Below, in pieces: positions 13,383 through 27,334 of a stretch of DNA of 64,000 nucleotides. Position 1 is the first letter of the stretch. Each line of letters begins with the position of its first letter. Source of the DNA: Octopus vulgaris (Eukaryota); NCBI GenBank assembly GCA_951406725.2, contig OX597823.1, positions 49,662,001 through 49,726,000 of the forward strand, in the 5' to 3' direction. Below the pieces are notes generated by a model. It searched no databases. It saw nothing but the letters and a program-made list of their open reading frames with translations, and was not told where the DNA came from. A program made the position numbers and the translations under genes.

Positions 13383-15019
13383 TAGAACAGTGGTGTAAGC
13401 CCTGGGCATTACTGCCTCAGTGAGAGTGACATCACAACATTCCTCCTGAATGGACTAGAGCAGCATGAAATGAAAGTGTTTTGCTGAAGAATGCACAATG
13501 CACAACCAGTCTGGGAATGGAAACCACAATCTAGCATTTGTAAGTGCACCACTCTTACCACTAGACTATGTAGCTTCACCATAACATACATAGATATAAT
13601 ATATATATAATCTGTATAATCTTTATCTTTTATCTTTTACTTGTTTCAGACATTGGACTGCAGGCATGCAGGGCACCAACTTGAAGGATTTTAGTTGAAC
13701 GAATTGAAGCCTGGTACTTATTTTATCAGGCTCTTTTGCCAAACTGCTAAGTTACAGAAATATAAACAAACACAGGTTGTCAAGTGTTGGCATAAGACAA
13801 GCACACACACACTCAACAGCCTACTTTCAATTTCCATTAACCAAATCCGCTCGCTCAAGGTGTCATGCAGTGGGACGGAACCATTATATTATATATATAT
13901 ATATATATACACACACATATGCACACACACACAAATATATAATATATATACATATATATGTACACATAATATATATAACAATATACATATGTATTAATAT
14001 ACATATATATATATACACACATATACAAAACAATTACACATACATCACATACATGCATATACACACATGCTTACACAAACACACATGTGTAAGCACAAGC
14101 ATGCATACACACATACCTGCAGACATACATACATACAAAACTTGAATCTTGTGACATGAATAGAAAAAAAAAAATTAACCTTTTCACTCACATATTGCAC
14201 TTAGATGCTGGTGAAATACAATAGTCATAAAACTATGCCAGTATGATGTGAAAATAAGCCTCAACACCATGTGTCACTATAAGCATTTTAAAACACATAC
14301 ACACACACACACAAAAGAAAGAAAGAGAAATAAAAGAAAAAAATCAAAATACGTAATCAAATGTGGAAGGGAAGGGGTGGTGTGTGTGGGGAGCGGTTAT
14401 AAAGCCTATCCATTTATATTGATAATGGCATTTTTTTTTTCATTTATTTATTAAGCAAACAATGAAATATTCAATCAATATACAACACTCTTTAAAACAT
14501 ACAGGAGACACTCAGTGAATAGCATCAAAGAGGGTCTAATTTATGTTTTGAAGCGCTCGGCATAAAACGATTATCTGCATTTTTAATAATATAAATTCAT
14601 AGTTTGAGTGGGTGGGGTGGTGTGTGTGTGTAAAGGTGGAGTGGGGGGGTTAGCGGGGGGTTGAGAGAGAGAGAGAGAGAGACGGAGAGAGAAATGTGTG
14701 ATGTCATATTTATGGCAACTTTTTAAAAGGTTTTTCTGTATATAAATTAGGACACCAGACAGAGAAAAGCAGACAAACAGACATGAGAGAAAGAGAGAGA
14801 GAGAGGAGACAGACAGCCTGACAGATAGACAGAAAGACACACACACAGAGAAGTGGGGAGAGAGCAGAGCTGCCACCACTGGCACATATGCATACACATA
14901 CCTTGCAACCAAATCTTGAACGATCGTGGGATAAAATAATGTTTCACCAGGTGAAAATGTATGAAAAAAAGATCTCACAGCAAGTGCAAAGAGGAATTAG
15001 AATCAAGCATAAAGCTAGT

Positions 15020-15051
<32 letters not shown>

Positions 15052-15224
15052 GTGGGAACAAGAGTTCTACATATGACATATTCATGTTTGTGCAACCAGT
15101 AGAGTAACTGGTAGCCATGAAGGCTTTTTGCTAATGAGAGGTATCCATATGGTTGCGAGACTGTCAGGAAAGTGCAACCAAATCACTGTTAAATCACACT
15201 CTACTACCTTCAAATTAATATAGC

Positions 15225-15660
15225 AGCAGGCACAGTTGTGGATGCATGGTAAGAATCTTTTTCCCCCAACTACATGGTTCCAGGTTCAGTCCCACTGCAC
15301 AGCACCTTCAGCAGATATCTTCTACTATAGTTCCAGGTTGACCAAACTCTTGTGCATGGATTTGCAGGGAAACTGAAAGAAGCCTGTTAAATATATATAT
15401 TATGTGTGTGTATGTGTGTGTGTGTGTGTGTGTGCATGCGTGCGTGTTTGCATCTAAGTTTGTCTCTCAGCATCGCTTGGTAACTAGTGCTGGTGCGTTT
15501 ATGTCCTCATAACTTAGCAGTTCAGCAAATGAGACCAATAGAATAAGAATCAGGCTTACAAAAATATAAGTCATGGAGGTAAATTTGTTCAGCTAAAACC
15601 CTTCAAGACAATGCCCCAGCATGGCCGCAGTCAAATGACTGAAACAAGTAAATGATAAGA
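15225..15660 (+). mobile_element. SINE family A
   Basis: Diverged full-length copy with the conserved tail. Confidence 0.8.
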
Positions 15661-16776
15661 TGTGTGTGTATGTGCATGCATGCCTCTGTGTGTGCGCGTG
15701 TGTCTTGGCTTGACATTATATGATAGTTGTAAAGGAGTATCACTGTCATACAAGCAGTGTCATTTATTTCCAATATTCTCTAAGAACATGTTTGGCCATG
15801 GTAAAACATTACCTTGCTTGGAAACAGGTGAGGTTTAGTAACAGGAAGGGCTTTTGACTGTAGAAAATCTATCTCAAATGAGCTCAGTCTGATCCATGCT
15901 AACGCAGAAAAGTTGGATATTAAATGAAGATGAGGATGATGATGATAATGTGTTCCTATATATATATAGTGTGTGTGTAGGGGGGAACTGGCAGAGAATG
16001 AACCTTGCTAGAACATCTTTGATCCTAGATCTATTTGGTCAGGACTTGTCTGGAACTAAAGAACAAAAACATAAGCATTGTACAGAAGAGAAAAAAAAAA
16101 TAATGAGAATATGATGCTGTTTAGTTAGGATGTGTACAAGTGCACTAGAGAAATTTACCAGAAGCTAATCACAAGACAATGGAACATCAGTATTGCAGAA
16201 GACAAAAACATTGTTAGCAGGCTGTTTGTATAGCTGCAAGTTGCAAGTTTGACACTTCTGGTATAGAACAACAAACCGACAATATTCAAATAGCTTAAGT
16301 TGTATTTAAAAAAAGAAAGACAGCCTCAGAAGATTTCTTTGGATTTTTTTTTGTTTTTTTTTGGCTTTTTTTTTTGAATATTTTTCACTATATTTTATAT
16401 TTTTATACTTTTCTCACAAGATTTCTGATGAAAATTATGAGGTGGGAAAAAAAAAAAAAAAAAATAACAAGGTGAAAAATGGAAATAGATGATGCGTTAG
16501 AGAGGGAAAGCGTGTAAAGTTAGGAAGTGTATGGGAAAGAAAATGTAAAAGAGAGGTTCCGTTGTGGTTCAGAGGAAGAATAGCTAACAAGATGTGAAAG
16601 ACACAAAAACTAGAAAACACAGATACATAGAAACATAGAACTCATCATAGAATATGCATAATTACCTAGATACATATATATACACACTTATATGCATACA
16701 TACATATATGTGTGTGTCTACACATGCACACATACATTCATTTATATATGGTGAATATATATATATATATATACTA

Positions 16777-17011
16777 CAGGATGGCCCAAAAGTAGGTTTA
16801 CAGTTATTCAACTATCTCTTTTGCATTCATATATTAGCAGTTTAGATCTTAATTATAAAAAAATATGAAACCATTATTCTAAGGTAATTTAGTTAATTTT
16901 GTCAAGCTCCCTTTTCAGTTTGTAAGATAGAGATTTGAATGTAATAAAATGTTTTAAAAGAAATTTAAATTGCCTACGTGATAACTGTAAACCTACTTTT
17001 GGGCCACCCTA
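16777..17011. mobile_element. Tc1/mariner-type MITE
   Basis: ~31-bp TIRs CAGGATGGCCCAAAAGTAGGTTTACAGTTAT / ATAACTGTAAACCTACTTTTGGGCCACCCTA with TA flanks. Confidence 0.85.
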
Positions 17012-17074
17012 TATATATAAATACATACATGTGCACATATATAAATGTATATACATATACACACACATACACAA

Positions 17075-17117
<43 letters not shown>

Positions 17118-17221
17118 TATATATATATATATATCTCTATATATATACACATATATATATGTACATAAACATACATATATATACATACACATACATGTGT
17201 GCACGCACACACTCACACACA

Positions 17222-17432
17222 TGTGGTGGTGCTGAGAAGTCTCTGGCTTTGGGTAAAAGAAAATACAGGAGGATCAGTTAATTATTATATTCAACATATT
17301 CTCCTCTCTTTCGTACACTTATTGCAGTGGTCTTCCAGTTTTCCTAAGCCTTGTAAAAAAAACTTGGAAAGTCAGGCCTTAAACCAGGCCTTTCATGATA
17401 TCCTTAAAGCAAGGAACTTTCCAGTACCGCCT
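17222..17432. mobile_element. mariner-type MITE
   Basis: Imperfect TIRs GGTGGTGCTGAGAAGTCTCTGGCTTT / AAAGCAAGGAACTTTCCAGTACCGCC. Confidence 0.6.
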
Positions 17433-17780
17433 TGCATATGTGTATGCATATACGTGTGTGTGTGTGTGTGTGAGGGCGCATGTCCTAATGGTTGCACTCA
17501 GGATTGTGAGATCGTGGCTTCAGTTCCTAGATTGGGTGATGCATTGTGTTCTTGATTACTTTGAAACCTGACACATGGTACACAATACACCTGTTTGGAC
17601 AATGTCAATATGATGGACAGAGTGAACTAATGTGCGGCATGAACATTTGATCACTATAAACAAATCATTTGTGAGGTTGTTCAACAACAACTGAATGCTT
17701 GTATATTATCTTCGACAGGTATGTCCATCATATATATATAAATATATATATATATAAATATATATAAATATATATATATA

Positions 17781-17947
17781 TCTTCTTGGATCTTTCCTTT
17801 TTCAATGTTTCTGACAAAGAGCTCCGCTCGAAACATAAAACCCTCCTTCTTTCTTTCCTTTCCTGAGCGTCCAATAACACTATACTTGTTCCACATCCTC
17901 GCGTTTTTGTGTTTTCTCTTTGTGTTTTCATGTTTGGATTAACTGTA
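17781..17947 (+). mobile_element. Short Penelope-type terminus carrying a decayed minimal hammerhead ribozyme
   Basis: GTTT-CTGACAA-A-GAGC-TCC-GCTC-GAAAC-ATA-AAAC at 17807-17841, embedded between (TA)n tracts. Confidence 0.65.
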
Positions 17948-18524
17948 TATATATATATATATATACACACGTAGTACACACACACACACACGCATGCACA
18001 CACACACACACACATTCTATAGAAAGAGATTAGTTAGTGGGTTCATTAGAATCTAGGCTCATCAACATGTATGCCACTAGGACTGGCTAGGTACCATAGC
18101 ATTTGAGTTCACAGTGGGCTGAAAACAACCACGAGGTGTCACGTGGGTAGTGTACTGCAGGTTGTATGCAGATATGTGTGTGTGTGTGTGTGTGTGTATG
18201 TAAAGATACCAAATCCAGTATAAACCATAGGTTCAACACAAAGTTGGTTCCAGGTCTGGTTATAGGTATAAAAAGAAGAAAATATATGTATATATATGTA
18301 TATACAGCTGGCAAAAATGAGTTGTACCTGTATTTCAAAGGGCCAGCCTGTTACATCTTGTGTCATGCTGAATCACTCCAAGAACTATGTTAAGGGTGTG
18401 CATGTCAGTGGAGAGCTCAGCCACTTGCACATAAATTTCATGTGCAGGCTGTTCCGTTGGTTGGATGAACTGGAACACTCATCATCATAACCAACAGAAT
18501 GCCTCCATATAATATATATATATA

Positions 18525-18568
<44 letters not shown>

Positions 18569-19208
18569 TAGATAGATAGATATAGATATATATATACATA
18601 TATACACACACACACACACACACTTATAGGCATATATACATATATATAAATATATACTTATATACACACAACTATATATACTGTACTATTACTACTACGT
18701 AAGTAACCCAGAATTAAGGATGATTGAGTTGGTAAATCCATGCATGTGCTAATATTTTTAGGTGCCTATGTAGTTACAGGCCCTCATATCCTTCCCAATC
18801 TAGATCCAGGGAAACATCCAAAATGCATCAGCTGGAAGGAGAAAGAGCTAGACTTATTTGAACTGAGTGTAATAAAGCAACATAAGATGAAGTGCCTTGC
18901 TCAAGGAAACAATGCACAGGATGTTTCAAGAACCAAACCGACAGTCTTATGATCATGTGTGCTATGCTCTTAAAACATGACATGCATTTTCACACATTAT
19001 GTATCAGTTTCAAATTTCGACCTAAGGCCAGCACTTTCAGGGAGGAGGTAAGTTGATTACATCAGCCCTAGCACTTGACTGGTACTTATTTTACTGACCC
19101 CAAAATGATGAAAGGCAAAGTCGATCTCCGCAGAATTTGAATTCAGAACGTAAAGATGGACAAAATGCCTCTAACGCTTCCACTAGCTCATTGCCTTTTA
19201 CACACATG

Positions 19209-19350
19209 CAGGGCTGGACAAAAGTAGGTATACACTTGCTTAATATGAGTGGAATGATCTTTTCATTTCTCTATTTCTTTTGGGGGAGAAGAACTAAAAG
19301 AACATTCCAGTCATATTAAGCAAATGTATACTTCCTTTCATCTATGCCTC
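19209..19350. mobile_element. Degenerate Tc1/mariner-type MITE
   Basis: CAGGGCTGGACAAAAGTAGGTATACACTTGCTTAA ... TTAAGCAAATGTATACTTCC inverted ends. Confidence 0.55.
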
Positions 19351-20002
19351 TATATCACCATTTTTTAATACCCACTTTTCTGTGCTTGCATGGGTGGTGA
19401 GATGGAATTTTATCAAGGTGAATTTTCTATGACTGGATGTCCTTTCTGTTGCCAACCTTCACCTGTTTCAGGGTAAGGTAATATTTCCCATGACCAGACA
19501 TGTTTTCATGAAAGATTGGAAACAAAGGGCACTAGTTGCATCCTGTTGAGGCAACCACCAAAAGCACCAGTAGGTCTGTCTACCGTCTAGTTTCTTTAAG
19601 CAATACTATGACATATTCTTCTATTTCCCAAGGAAATGAATAAATATCATGCGTGAATATCTCTGGCCCAGTTTGTAATCAAAGTTGATTAGAATCAAAA
19701 CAGAATTAGCTCTGTAAAACTAATTACTTCCTGAACTAATGAGTACCTTGTTTTGTATCAGTAAGCTTTGTTCTCATGGACAAACACATATCTTTTATCT
19801 TTTACTTGCTTCAGTCATTAGAATTCAGCCATACTTGGACACACCACCTTGAAGGCTTTAGCTGAACAAATTTTCCACAGTACTTACATTTTTTTTTTAA
19901 AGTCTGGAACTTATTCTATCAGTCTTCTTTGTCAGACTGTTAAGTTATGGGGATGTAAACAAATCAACACTGAATACCAAACAGTGATGGTGGTAGGACA
20001 AC

Positions 20003-20071
<69 letters not shown>

Positions 20072-20216
20072 ACACACAACAAGGGCTTCCATAAAGTTTC
20101 CATCAATGAAATTCATTCACAAGGCATTGGTCAGCTTAGGGCTAAAGTAGAAGATACTTGACCAAGGTGTTGCACAGAGTGACTGAACCACATGGTTTAA
20201 AATTGAGCTTCTTAAC

Positions 20217-20247
<31 letters not shown>

Positions 20248-21330
20248 CATTAAATCCAACCTGAAATGTCAGTTTAACTATCTTTTGATGATCAAATTCT
20301 CATGGCTGCACAAAATTCAAGAAGCATACAATGCAGACATGTCTAAATATGTATTACTCTAGATAAGATTCCTTGGAGTTTATTTCACTTCCAACCATGT
20401 CTGTCAAATTTTCAGCATCATTCAGTATAGCTTCTTTGTCAGTATTTGCCAACTTACTCATCCATGATAGGAGATTCTTTTATTCTTCTAACACTAAAGA
20501 CCTACCGGCCATGAAATTTTCACTTTCAGCACCAAATCCTGATTCTTTTTTAGGTCACATAACAGGTATAATAAGTTTGTGACTTGTAATAAACTTTGGG
20601 AGTTATGCTGGTGCATAACCTGCAGTCATAAATTTAATAGCTTTTTTTCCTTATTTTTTTTACTATGATGACTCTATTTCTAGTTAATTTTTGTGCTAAC
20701 AGTACAAGCCCCAGACCATTTATCCAGCTCCCCAAAACCTAGAATTACCACAAAATTGTTTATTTTAAAAGTGAATAATTTTCAGTCTTCTGGCCTTTAA
20801 ATAATTCCCCCTCAGCTTTACTTTTTGTGTCACGCATATTGGCTTCAAATTTTGGCACAAGGCCAGCAACTTCAAGGGAGGGGTAGGTCAATTAAATTGC
20901 TCCTAGTGCTCAACTGGTACTTATTTTGACCCTGGAAGGATGAAAGGTAAAGTTGACCTTGGTAGAATTTGAACTCAGAACATAAAAACAGACAAAACGC
21001 CACTAATCATTTCACCTGGTATGCTAATGATTCTGCCAGCTTGCTGCCTTATTTCGAGTCATACATATTGCATGTCAATTTCAGTATGACAGCTACTATG
21101 TAGACTTACCCCTCTCTACATTTCTGTAATTAGTTATCCCAATTTATGACAATTGTTCTTCAATACCGAGTCTAAAAGGACAGCAGAAAGGTGACTTGTT
21201 AGTGAAAAAAGGAAACACATATAGTGCACAGAACAAAGTAGAATTACTTGAGAGAATTTTTAGTGGATTAATAAATATCAAACAGGTTCTGCTTTAGAAT
21301 TAATTTGTATCGGTTAAATATAACTTTGTT

Positions 21331-21553
21331 ACTCTCTCTCTTTTACTCTTTTACTTGTTTCAGTCAGTTGACTGCGGCCATGCTGGAGCACCGTCTTTAG
21401 TCGAGCAACTCGACCCTGGGACTTATTTTTTTGTAAGCCCAGTACTTATTCTATCGGTCTCTTTTGCCGAACCGCTAAGTAACGGGGACATAAACACACC
21501 AGCATCGGTTGTCAAGCAATGCTAGAGGGACAAACACAGACACACAAACATAT

Positions 21554-21604
<51 letters not shown>

Positions 21605-21770
21605 TACGACAGGCTTCTTTCAGTTTCCGTCTACCAAATCCACTCACAAGGCTTTGGTCGGCCCGAGGCTATAGTAGAAGACACTTGCCCCAGATGCCAC
21701 GCAGTGGGACTGAACCCGGAACCATGTGGTTGGTAAGCAAGCTACTTACCACACAGCCACTCCTACGCCT
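21331..21770 (-). mobile_element. SINE family A, young full-length copy
   Basis: Reverse complement reads GGCGTAGGAGTGGCTGTGTGGTAAG (A-box-like)...GGTTCAGTCCC (B-box-like)...tail AGTAAAAGAG; CpGs are retained. Confidence 0.9.
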
Positions 21771-22952
21771 GTTCTTAACTTTCCATTGTTTATTTTTATA
21801 TTTTGAGTATTGTCATATCTTAAAGTTGTTCTATCTCCAGGAGATAGACACTAGACACATAAAAATTGTATTGTAGATGATGATCAGAAAGAAGTAGGAC
21901 GATAAGTATCTTTATTAATCATTGTTTATATGCATTTAAAATGATAAAAGATCATTTTAATACATAATTACTGTATCTAGTATGTATGAGGCCTTGGTCC
22001 AGAAAACCGGAATATCCAGAAATCCAGGTCGCTTCCAGTTCCAAGCTTGCCAAATAAATGGTCTTGAACTTGTAGCATGCATTGAATGCCTATCTACCAT
22101 ATTGTTTACTGTCGTGCATTTACATAATCATTGTATAGTAGATGAATTTTTATTAAACAACATATGGTTTTTATATTCTTTTTCTCTCAAGTTTAGAACA
22201 AAAAGACTAAGTGAGGACCTACAGTACATATATGTGCACATATTCATAATCCTCCTCCCTCTGCCACTCCTGCTTGCATGATAATTGTGTTTCCCCCACC
22301 TTACCTACTCACTAACACAGATATATGGCCGGTACTTGCTTTTATTTCCTATACTGTTTACCTCTCTTTTCTTTGCCTCCTCTTTAAAGAGATTTCCTTT
22401 TCTTTCCCCCTCCTACCCACCATTTTCCTCTATTGTATAATTCAACCATACTCCTCTATGCCGTAATTTTCAAACTCAATTCTCTTCAATTGATATTTAC
22501 TGAGTTTTCTTTCTTGTAAGATTTACCACTTCTTTACCATCTTTGAATTCTCAAAACTTTCTACCAGCCGTGTAATTGTCAAAAAAAAAAAAAAAAAAAA
22601 GCTTTTTTCTTTTCCTTCCCTTCTATTATAAGTGCCTTAACTTCTTCCACACATCTATCACATTCCTCTTGACTCTCTATGCATCTCACTTTAATTTTCT
22701 TTCATCAGTTACTCTCCATATTATGGACATTCCTATCTTCCAAGACTTTACACCAGATGAGTAACCTCCTTAGACTTTTGCATCATGTGGTTCTTAAATA
22801 TCTTTTTTTCTTGCACAGGACTCGCATTTTTTTTTATCAGTGTTGTATTTTAATTAATTATTCTCCAATTTTCCTATTTTCTTTCATCTTTCTCTCTGAT
22901 CTTGCACCTTTCCTCCCTTTTTAACTTCTCTTATTCATTATGCTTATACACT

Positions 22953-23167
22953 AAGACAGCGAGCTGGCAGAAATGTTAGCATGCGGGCCAAATGCTTAGC
23001 GGTATTTTGTCTGTCTTTATGCTCTGAGTTCCAATTCCGCAGAGCTTGACTTTACTTTTCATCCTTTTGGGGTCAATAAATTAAGTACCAGTTGCATACT
23101 GGTGTCAATCTAATCAACTGGCCCTCCCTCCCCAATAATTTCAGGCCTTGTGCCTAGAGTAGAAAAG
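22953..23167 (+). mobile_element. SINE family B with target-site duplication
   Basis: GCGAGCTGGCAGAA...GAGTTCCAATTCC...TTTCATCCTTTTGGGGTCAATAAATTAAGTACCAG. TSD ATTATG(C/T)TTATACACT at 22937-22952 and 23168-23183. Confidence 0.85.
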
Positions 23168-24013
23168 ATTATGTTTATACACTTTACACATGCACACACC
23201 TTTATCACGTTCCTCTAAAGTAGGTGTTCTCAAGAGCTATCTTATCATGTAGACCCCATATATGCCCATGTAAATTTTGAAATAAAATATTTGCTTGTAG
23301 ATTAGTAAAAAACTAACAATGAAACAATTTTGTTATATTCGTAAAATACAGGTACCTCTCCTAGTAAACAAAATTTATATATGGACCCACAAATTACAAT
23401 TTTTTACTCGTGGACCCCCTTAAAGCTTCTGTGGACCCCAGTTGGGAAACCCTGCTCTAAACCTTCCATGTAGCTCACTAATTTTCTCTCACAAAAAATC
23501 TTTTACTAGTGCTGTAATTTTTCTTTCTCCAATTTTACTTAATACAGAGCGTGGCAGGTCACGATCATGGCTGTCAGGCACAGGTCGACAGGCCATGATT
23601 ATAGCCCAGATAGATGCATTTAATTTATGGGCGTTTATTAGGGTTTAATGTCACTCAAACACTCCAATACCCACCAGAATGCAAGAGGACTAATAATTCA
23701 ACTAATGACTTTTCAGATGATGTAAAACTTGCCACTATTATATACTAAGATATTTTAACTATTTGTTGCTTTTCTTATGTGTACATGGTAGTCTAATTTT
23801 CATAAAATGTGCTCAACAGTCCGTGCTATGTAAGTGCAAATCCCAATGCGTTGTGGGTCAATCATCTCTCAATTTTCTTCTCCCCCTAAACTCCCCCCCC
23901 CCCTTCATTTCTCTTGTTTACACTTTCCTTTCATGTTACACAAGCATATACTTATAACTTTTATCACACTCGCACATGCTTCCACCTCCCCATTTCCAGT
24001 TTCCTTACGCACG

Positions 24014-24044
<31 letters not shown>

Positions 24045-24487
24045 GTGATCACACACATGCACGTCACTACCTTACAGCTCTACTAAACCACACCTCTACA
24101 CACACCTCAAAACATAGCATACACATCACTTTCCTTTACGCCTATCTCAAAACATGGATATACTTCTACAGATGCACACACATATCCCCCCTCTACCCTT
24201 CTTAACTGCCCAATCTCACAGAACCACGTTCCCATCAGGCCCCTCACCCTTCATCCATTTTTTCTGTTTTTTTTAAAATTTATTTTTTATCTTTTCTTTC
24301 CTACCACTTCTTACTCAATCCTCCAACATTTCTCTTCTGATAAAGGCTTAACATCTAAAGCATTAAGGTGCTTTCCCTTTTTTTTCTTTTAAGCATTACA
24401 CTTAATACAATATTCATTAATACTTGTCCCGCCTGTATTGCCATTCCCTTTCTGTTCATTTCATTTACAATATACGTGTGCAGGTAT

Positions 24488-24903
24488 ACTCTCTCTTTTA
24501 CTCTTTTACTTGTTTCAGTCATTTGACTGCAGCCATGCTGGAGCACCGCCTTTAATCGAGCAACTCGACCCCAGGACTTATTCTTTTGTAAGCCCAGTAC
24601 TTATTCTATCGGTCTCTTTTGCCGAACCGCTAAGTAACGGGGACATAAACACACAAGCATCGGTTGTCAAGCAATGCTAGGGGGACAAACACAGATACAC
24701 AAACACACACACACACATAAATATATAAATACAAATATACGACGGGCTTCTTTCAGTTTCCGTCTACCAAATCCACTCACAAGGCTTTGGTCGGCCCGAG
24801 GCTATAGTAGAAGATACTTGCCCAAGGTGCCACGCAGTGGGACTGAACCTGGAACCATGTGGTTGGTAAACAAGCTACTTACCACACAGCTACTCCTGCA
24901 CCT
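24488..24903 (-). mobile_element. SINE family A, young full-length copy
   Basis: Nearly identical to the copy at 21331-21770. Confidence 0.9.
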
Positions 24904-27011
24904 ATGTATGCACCTATAGGTATGTAAATACTCATTTAAAAAGCAAATTAAACATTGGTTTTAAATTTTGGCACAAGGCTAGCGAGTTTGTGGGAGGGGG
25001 CAAATCAATTACATTAACCCCAGTACTCATCTGGTATTTATTTTATCAACCCTGAAAGGATGAAAGGCAAATTCGACCTCGGCAGAATTTGAACTCAGAA
25101 CACGAAGATGGATGAAATGCCACTAAGATCAGCATGCTAATGATTCTGCCAGCTCACCACTGTAACCACAAATTAAATATTGAAATAGTGTGTTAGTATA
25201 TAAGTTTATTCAGATGGTAATAATTACAGAACTAGTTGCGTTTCTTTCAAGTTTCAAAATTATACTTTATCCATACCACCTTGTGCTTTCAGGATCTCAA
25301 ACTACTATTTCACGGACAGCTTGCTTTTCCCAAATTGCAGTTCAAGATTTGATGGAGAATAATGGATACAGTTCTTAGAAAATGCAAATATTTGAGCCAA
25401 AACTTACCAAATTCAAATATGTATACAAATATAAGTATCTAAACAACTGATGTCCCAAATGGAGTTGCATGAAATGGATTCTATGACAATCACAAGATAC
25501 TATGATTTTAGAGGAATTTTATCTACACATTTTCTTAAAAAAAACAAAAAAAAAAATAGAAGACTAAATGAGAGATTATAGAAAAAAAAAAATGAAACAG
25601 GATATAACATATGTGATGACAATTGGCAAAAAAGCAAGAGATAAATAGTTAACTCCTAAGCAGATTGAGTGGGTGCTTGTGAAGTTAAGGAATGTGCAGA
25701 AAGACAATGGAATGTGTGGGTGTATGTGTGGAGAAGGGAATGGTATGGTATTGATGGGCAGCCTCAGAAAGGACCAGACTAACAAAAAAAGGGGGGACGG
25801 AATAGCCAGAGTTGGCAAGATTGCTTTGCAACTAAATGGATCCTCACTTGATCCCTGCCATATGGAAACTTATATATAGAAATATATGTGCTGTGTTTTT
25901 TTAATTTTATCTTTCAGCAAGGAAGAATGGGGATGTTTACAGCTGAGTATAAGACTTCTGAGTCTGGTGGGAGGTAGAGAGGAACACATTCTCAAATCAG
26001 AAGACTGAATATTTACAACAGATTGAGCTTCACTAGAGTCACTCAATGTATCAATTGGTTTCACACAACCATCTGTCCACTTAAGTCTATCATCCCAGTA
26101 GGATACTGAAAGATTTGAACTCAGATGTCAAAGAGTCAGAAGAAATCCCACAAGGCAGCCAATCAGATGTTTTTACAGTTCTGCCATGACACAATTTTGG
26201 ATTTGTGTGTTTTTATTGACGGTATAAAGATGAAAATCAAAGTGGACCTCAGCAGGATTAGAACCCAGAACACAAAGACTTGAAACAAATACAGTAAAGC
26301 ATTCTGTCCGATGCTCTAATGACTGCTAATTCTCCAATTTATGTACATACATATATAATAAATTTCATAATAAATGTATGCATATTACATCACAGCTGTG
26401 CATATGTGCTGCATACTCATGTATGAAAATGTGGGTCTCTATTGTACTTCTTTGATCTCTCATAATCTCTTGTCTAGCATATTGCTTTATGACTCTACTA
26501 AAGTTTAACATAGATGATAGACAAACCTAATGATATCTACATAATCACAATACTTGACTGAGATGTTATCTTGACGGCTGTAATAATATATAGTCCATAT
26601 TCTTCCATTGACCAACTGCAAAACCTATGTTGTTACTTGTAATTTCCAATGCTTTTTTTTACTACATCTATGAGAAAATTATTTTAGTCATTGTCTTACT
26701 TTTTATTTTTATTTTTTTCTCTTCTTTTCTCTTGGTGGTCCTATCTTCATTGTTCAATTTCTTTACTTTTTTCTTGTCTATATGAAGGCTGTTTTGACTT
26801 TTGTAAATCATATTTCAAAAAAATCTTTGATAATGTCACTTTTGTGTCCTATATAATTACTTTATAATTTTGTAATTATGGTGCTTATAATATTATGCAA
26901 GAATTATTGACATGGCAATAGGAATTGGATACTGGAAATGTAAGACATTTCTTCTGTTATTCTTCCATTTTATATTTATATAATACACACACACACACAC
27001 ACACAATTTAG

Positions 27012-27331
27012 TTTAAGATTGAGACTCAAACAGATTCACCTATGCAACTTACTATTACTCAAATTAGAGATAAGTTTGAAACAGATGGAACTGTTCAGAA
27101 TGTCTACAAGAAATATTCCAGAAGACCTCAAAGCAAGAAAGGGTGTTATAAATGTATTGCCAGCATTCAAGAAAATCTGTGAAGTAAGTGAGTTATAAGA
27201 ATTTCAAAATCAAGAGTTCATTGCCTTTGAAGGACTGTCAATGAAAAAGTTACATTCAAAGAATGGTTCATGTTCTCAGTGAAGATGATCCAGATGAAAG
27301 AGTGGAGCTTCGCAAGTGGTGTTTCGAAAGA
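27012..27331 (+). mobile_element. Tc1/mariner-superfamily transposase N-terminal fragment
   Basis: Reads ...PMQLTITQIRDKFETDGTVQNVYKKYSRRP and ...VHVLSEDDPDERVELRKW, resembling the HTH and linker of invertebrate mariner-like transposases. Confidence 0.7.
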
Positions 27332-27334
27332 GAT

